NCBI GenBank assembly: GCA_965219385.1
Contig: CBDCNM010000002.1
Location: 4,164,305-4,228,304, forward strand
From: Candidatus Latescibacterota bacterium
Lineage (GTDB): Bacteria > Latescibacterota > UBA2968 > UBA8231
Length of the DNA stretch: 64,000 nt
Reading direction: 5' to 3'
In this document: positions 38,657-46,918 of the stretch, one piece after another
How the letters are laid out: every line of letters begins with the position of its first letter
Numbering within the stretch: position 1 is the stretch's first letter
Made by a program: the position numbers and the translations under genes
The notes under the pieces: generated by a model
Databases searched by the model: none
Seen by the model: only the letters and a program-made list of their open reading frames with translations
Told to the model about the DNA's origin: nothing

Positions 38657-39610
38657 TCACCGGACAAAGGTCGCCTTGATCCGGCTCCAGGTCACGCTCT
38701 CCACCGCTGGGTCGGGGATCTCGCTCCCAGGACCCACCAGAAGGCCCCGGGCGAAGTCGTCGGCGTTCCGGAGACCGGTCCACTGGTCCTGGCCGCTAAT
38801 AAAATGGAGCCCTCCCCGCAGCTCGCCTTCCACGTCAAAATCACGCATGGACAGGATAAACCCGATCAGGGTCCCACGCGACAACGCCGACACTACACTC
38901 TCCGCCGGGCTGTTCCAAATCAACCGATCAAAGGGCGTCACGTAGAATTCCGTCACCGATAGCGTGGGCTGGGCCCCGAAAGAGGCCCCACCCCCCTCCG
39001 CATACGGCGGTAGCTCAAACCAATCTTCGTCGCCATGTAGAGACTGAAGCCCCAAGCATACATGGGGGTCGCTGCCAGAGATGTCACCCAGGACGATGTA
39101 GGTTTGAGCGTGTTGATAATTCAGCAACCGGTGTTCATCCCGGTCCTTGACCTCGTTGCTACTGAAGGAGTATCTCCCGCCGCTGGCGTCGCCGTCCACA
39201 TCGAACACTACAGAAGAATCATGCACCAACATCGAAATACATGGGAAGCTCGCATCACCACCTTCCGCAGCATCACCCTCTTCATAGGTATTATATATAT
39301 CATCGGAGCGCTCGACCGCCACATAGAGGCGCTGGGTGGCCCCGTGCCAGGCCAGCCAGACGCGGTAATCCATATCCACCGGATCATACGGTGCCCGGGG
39401 ATGGGCCTGAAAGTCCAGGGCGGTCAGGGTGGGTTCGCCCAGCAGTTCCACCCACTCGTCGACGGACCCATCGGTCACGTCGATTTGGGCCAGGTCCGCG
39501 TCGGTCAACTCGACGAAGGGATAGAGCCTTTCGCTTTCCTGCCCCTCGGCGCCACGGAGTAGCCCCACCACCAGGCCGATAATGGGTAGGGACCTCTTTA
39601 CTAAGTTCAT
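38657..39610 (-). CDS. Array paralog B1 (317 aa)
   Basis: Same scaffold. Closest to frameshifted A3. Confidence 0.85.
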   Translation of the reverse strand: MNLVKRSLPIIGLVVGLLRGAEGQESERLYPFVELTDADLAQIDVTDGSVDEWVELLGEPTLTALDFQAHPRAPYDPVDMDYRVWLAWHGATQRLYVAVERSDDIYNTYEEGDAAEGGDASFPCISMLVHDSSVVFDVDGDASGGRYSFSSNEVKDRDEHRLLNYQHAQTYIVLGDISGSDPHVCLGLQSLHGDEDWFELPPYAEGGGASFGAQPTLSVTEFYVTPFDRLIWNSPAESVVSALSRGTLIGFILSMRDFDVEGELRGGLHFISGQDQWTGLRNADDFARGLLVGPGSEIPDPAVESVTWSRIKATFVR

Positions 39611-40017
39611 CCTGGTCCTCCCTTATGTTGAATTTCCCTAGATGCGGTTATATACCCGTTGGGCCGCCATAAAGCCGGCGATCCAACGGACAGGTTCACG
39701 CCATTGGACTCCGAGCACTCCGTGCTCTTCATCCTCGCCGTTTCAGTAATGGCCGACCGCCGGTCTTGCGCCTCACCGGACAAAGGTCGCTTTGAGGCGG
39801 CCCCAGGTGATACAGGCACGGGTTCAGCGCGAGGGAAAACACTCGTTCTTTCAAGCAAAACCAACACGTTGCGTGGCGGTGCAAAAACCATCGTAACCTG
39901 CCGATCCTTCAGATAGATAGCGATTTTCCCCTCTACTGAACCCGTGCCACCATGTATAACGGCGTAGCTTACGTACCAAGCCGCTCAAGACCGTGAATCT
40001 TTATACCTTGAGCATCA
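39611..40017. repeat. Array leader, second copy
   Basis: Homologous to 11169..11588. Confidence 0.9.
39815..39948. mobile_element. 134-bp MITE-like element, copy 2
   Basis: Same 13-bp terminal inverted repeats and same length as copy 1. Confidence 0.5.
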
Positions 40018-40149
40018 GCTACAAACGCACTCATCATACTCCTCGTCATACTTACTGTATTTACAGTAGCCGCTGGAGCAGCCTGCTACCCCCTTCGTCG
40101 CAATACTGGGCACATCCCTGTGGATCACAGATCGGCCAATTAAACTGCT

Positions 40150-40370
40150 CATCACAAGTGGCCACGTCCGGCGCGGTGCGGCTGGAGATTCGCAACCTCC
40201 TCGGGCAACCCATACGCACACTGGTCGATCAAGTCCAAGCCGCCGGCTCCTATCAGGTGCCCTGGGACGCCCGCGATCAGCGCGGTGCGACTGTGGCAGC
40301 GGGGGTATATCTGGTGCGCCTGCACTATCCGGGCGGCGTGCAGACCCAGCGTCTGCTCTATCTCAAGTAG
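40150..40370 (+). pseudogene. Orphan FlgD-Ig C-terminal domain fragment
   Basis: VRLEIRNLLGQPIRTLVD...WDARDQRGATVAAGVYLVRL...LLYLK, with no plausible upstream coding body. Confidence 0.7.
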
Positions 40371-40391
40371 GCTCCACCCTTCGACACCTGC

Positions 40392-40428
40392 AAAGCGCCC
40401 AATGTCTCGCTGGCATCGGGCGCTTTTT
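40392..40428 (+). terminator. Rho-independent terminator, possibly bidirectional
   Basis: aaagcgcccaatgtc-loop-ggcatcgggcgcttttt between convergent genes. Confidence 0.7.
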
Positions 40429-40458
40429 CATGCGCCGACAGCGCGTGGTCAATAGTCC

Positions 40459-40709
40459 TTACAGACCAACCATCCTGTCGTAGTCGGCATGACTGCCAAT
40501 CCATACCCATATGAAGTCGTCTCCATCTTCAACGGCGAGGGCACGATAGGAACGCCCGATCCGGACTGACCAGAGCCGACTTTCTTGAATCGCAATGAAG
40601 CATGTCTTGGATTCTCCTTGAGATGCTCGAAATTGCGTCTTGCGACTCTCCGGGCTGCTTCGGATAGCCGTTTGAAATGCGACCAGAAAGCGGGTGTCGT
40701 CCTATGCAC
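40459..40709 (-). pseudogene. RelE/ParE-like toxin, frameshifted
   Basis: GTG start overlaps the upstream stop. HRTTPAFW...NPRHASLRFKKVG, then a frameshift at ~40573 to WSVRIGRSYRALAV...WVWIGSHADYDRM. Confidence 0.75.
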
Positions 40710-40909
40710 TACAGGTCTTCCAGCGTGCCATGTCGTTTGGCTTCCGTGGCCTGAGCTACCAAGAAGTCCAACTTCCCGTCGTCCGAATCCGCTTCGATCT
40801 GCTGATCCCACTCTTCCCAGTCGTATTCATTGAGCCAGCGCCTCAGTTGAGCGTAGTCGGATTTAGAAAGGCTTATGATCGCCTGCTGAATCTCCGCTAT
40901 GGTTGACAT
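40709..40909 (-). CDS. Putative antitoxin (66 aa)
   Basis: IAEIQQAI..L...WDQQIEAD...GKLDFL, translationally coupled to the toxin pseudogene. Confidence 0.7.
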   Translation of the reverse strand: MSTIAEIQQAIISLSKSDYAQLRRWLNEYDWEEWDQQIEADSDDGKLDFLVAQATEAKRHGTLEDL

Positions 40910-40949
40910 CGGTCAAGCTCCTTCTATGGGTAACGACGTCTTGTTGACG

Positions 40950-41241
40950 CTACGATACCAACTCCACGCTTAAGCTCTTCGGCTTCACCCGCCGGCCCTT
41001 AGGATCGTGCGTGAAGCCGTCGTACGCTTGCTCGATGTTGACCAGAGGGGGCCTGGTGTCGAGCAGGTTTATCCCCGAAAGCGCGATGTTGACGTCCCTG
41101 GACAAGTTCCACAGAAAGCTCACATCCCACGTGACGAACGGGTCAATGGTACCGGATAATTCTTTAATGGTAGAATTACCGGAGTCCCTTGATCCCCGGT
41201 CCTCGTACGACGAGATGTAGTTCAGAAAGCTCACGAGATGG
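40950..41241 (-). pseudogene. TonB-dependent receptor C-terminal fragment
   Basis: LNYISSYEDRGS...IDPFVT.DVSFLW...LLDTRPPLVNIEQAYDGFTHDPKGRRVK is nearly the same as the end of 18536..21718. Confidence 0.85.
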
Positions 41242-41958
41242 TTATTCCGCTTCCAGGACGTCCGGATCCAGTTGATACCAGAGCACTTCTCCGGATTCGA
41301 TGCGGCCCTGTATCCGGTCATCTAGGCGCAGACCGGCGATGGCGGTATAGGAGCGCTTACCGGTGAATCTCGTCAGAAACCCGGCGTTGCGGAGGGCCCG
41401 CGTGGTGTCCCGTCCGTTGGCGGTGAAGGAGATTTCCACGGCGATGTAGCAGGTTTCGCCGTCCGGGTCGGTGGCCTCCATAATCAGGTCGGCCCGGCGA
41501 AAGCTTCTCAACTCGTTTGCAGGAATATCCGACGGGTCGGCGAGGTCGGTCAGCGCCCAGAGATCGTCCTGGGTGAGGTTTTTCGTCCGCTGGAGGCCCA
41601 TGTCTCTGGCGATGGAGGTGGCCTCTCTAAGAGCGGCGCTCCGGGCGTGGGCCCCTTTGAGTAGGCCTACGTCATCCTGGATAGACTTCACGCTGGTTTC
41701 GAGGGTGTCAAAGCGCTTGTTCGTGGCCTCGACGAACTTGTTCATCTCGGCGACGAACTTGTTCATCTCGGCGATGAACTGATCCAGTCGCCGTTCGAGG
41801 GTGTCAAAGCGCTTGTTCGTGGCCTCGACGAACTCGGCGAATTTTTCGGGCAACTTGAGCAACTCGGGGGAGAGCAACCGGGCGCGCAGGGCGTCGACCC
41901 ACTCGGGCTTTTCGTCTAGCACGCGAAGCAGGTCTTCTATGGTATGGATGGTGCTCAT
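41242..41958 (-). CDS. Hypothetical protein: heptad-repeat coiled coil plus PD-(D/E)XK-like C-terminal domain
   Basis: FVEATNKRFDTLE x2, F.AEMNK x2, and ADLIM...YIAVEISFT. Confidence 0.75.
   Translation of the reverse strand: MSTIHTIEDLLRVLDEKPEWVDALRARLLSPELLKLPEKFAEFVEATNKRFDTLERRLDQFIAEMNKFVAEMNKFVEATNKRFDTLETSVKSIQDDVGLLKGAHARSAALREATSIARDMGLQRTKNLTQDDLWALTDLADPSDIPANELRSFRRADLIMEATDPDGETCYIAVEISFTANGRDTTRALRNAGFLTRFTGKRSYTAIAGLRLDDRIQGRIESGEVLWYQLDPDVLEAE
41698..41834. repeat. Intragenic 41-bp direct repeat and 21-bp tandem repeat
   Basis: ttcgagggtgtcaaagcgcttgttcgtggcctcgacgaact at 41698 and 41794. cgacgaacttgttcatctcgg x2 at 41730-41771. Confidence 0.9.
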
Positions 41959-42295
41959 GCCTTTTCCTCGATTGCCGTTTTATCAACCGTCCGATCAGCG
42001 CAGCGCTCGTGTTGTCGCAAGTGCATCGAGTGGCTCTTCAAAGGTGTGCCCTCTCGCGTAATTTTCAGCCCGTGGAGCAAATGAGGCTCCATGCCGAACG
42101 GACGGGAAATTCTTCGAGAGATGAAACATTTAAATCTATCCCGCTCACCTTTTGAAGTCAAGTAGCCATTCGGATCAACGCCCGCCGGTATAGACCCGAA
42201 TTCGATCGCGGGTCGGGCCGCCGCTTTTGTATGGCACAAGGCAGCCAATGCGCTCGGGTTCGAGGCGCACCAGGAATTTTAAAAAGGCTTCTTAC

Positions 42296-44302
42296 TCAGT
42301 TCAAGAATGAACCGAGAACGTTACCCTGCGTGCCGGTGCAGAAGTCGATGATCAGCCAGAATCCGGCCGTGACGATTTCGCCCAGTATCAGGCCGAGAAA
42401 AAACGGGGTCGTCCTGCGATAGAGCAGGGCTCCGCCGTACTTGAGCACGGTGCTCTTGACCAGCATCGCTATCAGGACACTGAACCACATCTGGCCGAAG
42501 GCGGAGCTGATGGGGAAGCCGAGGGGGTGGAAGGGCCACCAGACCCAGCGGTAGTGGGCAAGGCCCAGAAGCAGCATGGTCACCCCGCCCCCGGCCATCT
42601 GCACCAGGCCGTCCACGTGCGGTCCTACGGGGGAGGTGACCACGTCGTGCAAGAACCGGTAGGGGTACTGCGCGGCGTTTTCGGCGTAGTACCGGTTCAG
42701 GTTTATGGCTCCATGGGTATAGGCGGCATCGAGGCGCATCCACAGGGAGAGCACGATGGTGACTACGATGGTGGCCACGATGGCCCAGAACAGCCGGCGC
42801 AAGCGCCTGCCAATCAGATCGGCCAGCTTCAACCCGTTGCTGCAGGAGGTCATCAGGAGCACCAGGGGATCCGTGCCCCAGACGTAGGTCATGGCCATGC
42901 CGCTCCCCCCAAAGGGGCCGAGAAACCGGGTCCCCAGGGCGCTGGCGGCAAAGTCGGGACCGACCATGGGCGGGAACATCACGGCCACCCCTCCTTCGAC
43001 GACGACCCTCGTGATGGTGAGGAAGACGACGAAACAACCGCAGAACAGCAGGCCGATGGCCAGCGGGGGCATCCCGGCCCGCCCCAACCAGATGCCCATG
43101 ACCAGCAGGCCGAAAAGCAGGCCGAGCACCGCCTGGCGGCAGGACATCATCTCCCCAGCGTCGTCCACCTCTTCGGCTCCGGCCAGGGTCCGGCGCGCCA
43201 CCTGCAGTAGATGATGGCGGGCCGTCCACAAGCCCATCAGCACCAGGACGATCATCGCCCCCATGGCCTGGTACATCATGATGGGAACCGCGTAGTGGCC
43301 GTAGGCGCCTACCGGACCGGCGTCGATGCTGATTCCCAGGATGCCGAGGATTCCCTTCTCCACGAGACCGAGCAGGTAGAAGAAACAGAGGCTGGCGCCG
43401 ACGTTGCGACTGATGAGGTAGGAGAACCCGATCATGGTGAAACTGAGATAGAACTGCACCGATATGGTCCCGCGCAACAAGGAGAGCTGGCCGACGACGG
43501 TGTCCACCGACGGAAACTGGGCAAAGTAGTGGTGCAGACCGTTGAGACAGACGATGATGCAGGGCAGGGCGAACCCGATCCACACGGACCTCTGCTTGAA
43601 GAAGGGGCCAAGGCGCGAGGCGGACCCGTCTTCCTGGAGCATGTGCAGGGGCAACTGCATCATCGGGTAGACCAGTCGTTCGTGCTCTACCCACTGCTTG
43701 CGCAGGATCACGGAGACCGAGACCATCACCAGATACAGGGCGAAGGCGAACAGGATCCAGTAGACGATGGGGCCCACCCATTGGTCCCAGGGAATGGTCG
43801 GGTTGTCGAGGTCTCCCTCGTAGAACCGCACCACCGCCGCTTCGTCGTCGATCACGGCCCAGCGGGGAAGAAAGGGGTGGATCAGCTCCTTCCAGTTGTT
43901 TTCGGGACTGGCGTAGTAGAACGCGCCGGTGGCCACGGGGGGAAGGTAGCCGGAGAAGCCGCGGGCCGGCAGGGTATTGGCGACCAGGAGCATGATGTAG
44001 ACCACGGCCAACTCGCTCCGGTCCAGGGCCAGGCCGCGGTGCAGGGTCCCGGCGATGACGTTGAGGATGGCGACGATGACGAAGAACAGGAAGATGGAAG
44101 CCGGGTTGGTGTTCCATATTCCCATCTGGGACCCCTTGAGGACCATGTCGCCGTAGGGAATGGCGACGGCCATGAAGGCCGCGGCGATCAGACCGACGGC
44201 GACGGCGCGGGCGCTGCAGCCCTGGTAGACGCCCGAGCCGGAAGCGGCGGGAGGTGAGATGGCGTGCTCCTGCTGGACCGAAGAATTGTTGACCATCGTC
44301 AT
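42296..44302 (-). CDS. Polytopic membrane protein, DUF6785/DUF6784-like (putative peptide transporter)
   Basis: Many TM segments, ILRKQWVEHERLVYPMMQLP, WWPFHPLGF and PFFLGLILGE. Confidence 0.7.
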   Translation of the reverse strand: MTMVNNSSVQQEHAISPPAASGSGVYQGCSARAVAVGLIAAAFMAVAIPYGDMVLKGSQMGIWNTNPASIFLFFVIVAILNVIAGTLHRGLALDRSELAVVYIMLLVANTLPARGFSGYLPPVATGAFYYASPENNWKELIHPFLPRWAVIDDEAAVVRFYEGDLDNPTIPWDQWVGPIVYWILFAFALYLVMVSVSVILRKQWVEHERLVYPMMQLPLHMLQEDGSASRLGPFFKQRSVWIGFALPCIIVCLNGLHHYFAQFPSVDTVVGQLSLLRGTISVQFYLSFTMIGFSYLISRNVGASLCFFYLLGLVEKGILGILGISIDAGPVGAYGHYAVPIMMYQAMGAMIVLVLMGLWTARHHLLQVARRTLAGAEEVDDAGEMMSCRQAVLGLLFGLLVMGIWLGRAGMPPLAIGLLFCGCFVVFLTITRVVVEGGVAVMFPPMVGPDFAASALGTRFLGPFGGSGMAMTYVWGTDPLVLLMTSCSNGLKLADLIGRRLRRLFWAIVATIVVTIVLSLWMRLDAAYTHGAINLNRYYAENAAQYPYRFLHDVVTSPVGPHVDGLVQMAGGGVTMLLLGLAHYRWVWWPFHPLGFPISSAFGQMWFSVLIAMLVKSTVLKYGGALLYRRTTPFFLGLILGEIVTAGFWLIIDFCTGTQGNVLGSFLN

Positions 44303-44442
44303 GGGCGAAAAAACCTGAGTATTATAAAACCGGAAGCCAGGCAATGCAAAGAGCCGCTTGATGCCGGTCGGGAAAATGTGAATATTATGGGCGGCTATCG
44401 AGCAATGAGGTTCATGCCATTTTGCCTGAGAGGAGAAAAATC

Positions 44443-46869
44443 ATGCCCGAGGCGCAGACGCATCCGGCGGCGAAAGGATATGTTACCGAGTGGCTGGTGT
44501 GCGGGCCCTTTCCCGCCGGGCCCGACATGTTCTACACAGACCACTTGCAGGGGGTGGGGGGAGAGGAAAACATCAGACCCCAGGAGGGGCTGGAGGTCGA
44601 AAGGGCGGATGGAGAGAAGCTGCAGTGGGCAGCGCACACCGCCGGGGAAAGCGGTCTGGTTGACTTCCAGGGTGTCTTCGGCGTTGGCTTCGTCGATTTC
44701 TGGAAGCTTCCGAACCGGGTGGGCTACGCCTATGCCCGCATCGAAACCGAAGAGGCCCAGAGGCTCCTCCTGGCCATGGGCAGCGAGGACCAGATCCAGA
44801 TCTGGCTCAACGGCGAATTGATTCACCTGAGTCTGGCCAGCCGGAGCGTGCGGCCGGCCCAGGAGATCGTGGTGGCCGACTTCGCCAAGGGGACCAACCA
44901 CCTCCTGGTCAAGGTGGCCCGCCGGAGCGGGGGCTGGGGATTTTACCTGGAGACGCTGGTGCCCGCAAGCAAGTTGTTCATCAATAAGACGGAACTGACG
45001 GGCGGCAGTACCCACATGGAAGAGCAGTATCTTTACCTGCCCGACCTCTATGTGGGTGAGAAGACGGATGCCTGGGGCTATGTGCCGGTGACCAATACTA
45101 CGACCCGGCCTCTGGAGGGGGTGTCCGCCACCGTGCGGGAAAACCAGATCCTGGATTCCACCGTCTCCGAGACGGATGCGATTATGCCGGGAGAGACCCG
45201 GCTGTTGCCTTTCCGACTGTGCTCCCGCGGGGTAATCGGAGCGGCCGACAGCACCCAGGTCGAGCTTGGAATCCAGGTCGAGGATGAGATCCACACCCTT
45301 GCGTTGAAGCCCAGACTGAGGTCGCCGGGGGAGTACTTTGCCACTTCTTATCTTTCCAAGGTGGACGGCTCGATCCAGCCCTTCCGCGTGATCGCGCCCC
45401 GGGACTACGACCCCGAAAAATCCTATGCCCTGGTCCTGAACATGCACGGCTACAAAGGAGACAACGCCTACGAGTCCTTTTCCTCCCGGCCCTGGGTGTT
45501 CGTGGCGGCGGCCAATGCCCGCGGGGAAGTGCCCTATGCCGAAGCGGGCCTGTGGGATGTGCTGGAAATGATGGAGGCGATGCAGGCGCGCTACCCCATC
45601 GACGCGGCGCGCATCTTTCTCACCGGCCACTCCATGGGGGGCCGCGGCAGCTGGCATATCGGTCTGCGCAAACCCGACCTGTTCGCTGCCATCGCCCCTT
45701 TTGCCGGCGACAACAGCAGGGCTTTGCCGGTGGCGGAGAACGGGCTCAACCTGCCCACGTTCGTGTTCCACGGGGCCGAAGACAATGTCGTCGCCGTCGA
45801 GAATTCCCGGGAAATCGTGAAAGTCTTTGAAGAGCTGGGCAATCCGGTCCGCTACCACGAGGAGCCCGGGGCGGGTCACTGGTGGTTTCTGGACGACGAG
45901 CATATTACTGCCTGCGTCGACGATCCGCAGCTTTTCGACTTCTTCAGCCGGCACCGGCGCCATCTGTACCCACACGAGGTGATTTACCAGACCGAGTCGC
46001 TCCGCTTCAACAAGGCCTACTGGACGCGGATCGACCAGCTGGCCCGGCACGGGCAGATGGCGCGCCTGCAGGCCACGGTCCTGGGGGGCAACCGGGTGCA
46101 GGTGGAGGTGGAAAACGTCTCGTGCTACACCCTGGCGCTGAACGACAGCCTGGTGAATATGGCCGAGCCGCTCGCGATTGAAACCAACGGGGTGCAGAGC
46201 TTTGCGGGTAAGGCGCCGGACCAAGTGACGATCGCCCGTAGCGAAGAGAAGTGGCTCCCTGTCTCAGCCAGTGAGGAGCAGGCGAGCCCTCTGGGCAAGC
46301 GCCCGGAGTTGTGCGGCCCCATCATAGATGCCTTCAACGCGCCCTTCCTCCTGGTCTACGGCACCGGTGGAGACGCGGCGGAGACAGAAATCAACTGGAA
46401 AGAGGCCCGGTGGACCCAGGTGTGGTGGCAGATCTGGGCCAGCGGCCACTGCCGGGTGCAGGCCGACAGCGCCGTCACCCCCGAGGACATAGAGAACTTC
46501 AACCTGATTCTCTACGGCAATGCTGGGTCGAACGAGATCGTGGCGCGCATTAATGACGATCTCCCGGTCCGCTTTGACGGGCGTGCCGTGGTCGCCGGCG
46601 CGGAGCGATTCGAGGGGGAGGATGTGGCCCTGCAGATGATCTACGCCAACCCTCTTAATCCCGCAAGGTACGCGTTGATCAACGGCGGGGGCACCCACAA
46701 AGGCACGGCCAATATCCACAAGACCGGCCTGGACGTCGCATTGGAGGAGTTCTTTCCTTGCTCGGCCGGGTACGACTACGTGATTTTCGACGACACTTTT
46801 CTGGGAAAAACCGAGGATCGGTATTTGCAGGCCGGACACTTCGACGGACTCTGGCAGCTGCAGCCGTGA
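44443..46869 (+). CDS. Multi-domain alpha/beta serine hydrolase (prolyl-oligopeptidase/esterase-like), no signal peptide
   Basis: GHSMGG nucleophile, FHGAED and GHWW. AGGAG RBS before ATG 44443. Confidence 0.85.
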   Translation: MPEAQTHPAAKGYVTEWLVCGPFPAGPDMFYTDHLQGVGGEENIRPQEGLEVERADGEKLQWAAHTAGESGLVDFQGVFGVGFVDFWKLPNRVGYAYARIETEEAQRLLLAMGSEDQIQIWLNGELIHLSLASRSVRPAQEIVVADFAKGTNHLLVKVARRSGGWGFYLETLVPASKLFINKTELTGGSTHMEEQYLYLPDLYVGEKTDAWGYVPVTNTTTRPLEGVSATVRENQILDSTVSETDAIMPGETRLLPFRLCSRGVIGAADSTQVELGIQVEDEIHTLALKPRLRSPGEYFATSYLSKVDGSIQPFRVIAPRDYDPEKSYALVLNMHGYKGDNAYESFSSRPWVFVAAANARGEVPYAEAGLWDVLEMMEAMQARYPIDAARIFLTGHSMGGRGSWHIGLRKPDLFAAIAPFAGDNSRALPVAENGLNLPTFVFHGAEDNVVAVENSREIVKVFEELGNPVRYHEEPGAGHWWFLDDEHITACVDDPQLFDFFSRHRRHLYPHEVIYQTESLRFNKAYWTRIDQLARHGQMARLQATVLGGNRVQVEVENVSCYTLALNDSLVNMAEPLAIETNGVQSFAGKAPDQVTIARSEEKWLPVSASEEQASPLGKRPELCGPIIDAFNAPFLLVYGTGGDAAETEINWKEARWTQVWWQIWASGHCRVQADSAVTPEDIENFNLILYGNAGSNEIVARINDDLPVRFDGRAVVAGAERFEGEDVALQMIYANPLNPARYALINGGGTHKGTANIHKTGLDVALEEFFPCSAGYDYVIFDDTFLGKTEDRYLQAGHFDGLWQLQP

Positions 46870-46918
46870 TTGCACCTATTGCACCAGCCTGAAAGGGCAT
46901 CAGGAGAAAGGCACTCTT

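Noticed and set aside
9168..39610. Diversity-generating retroelement as the source of variation
   Set aside because: No reverse transcriptase or distinct template repeat in the window. Variation is spread over several patches and includes indels. A trans-acting DGR cannot be fully excluded.
9110..39650. Array spacers as integron attC sites (they contain ATTCAAC = RYYYAAC on the coding strand)
   Set aside because: The motif lies just before the next RBS rather than after the stop, there is no matching downstream GTTRRRY or attC-like hairpin, and no integrase is present.
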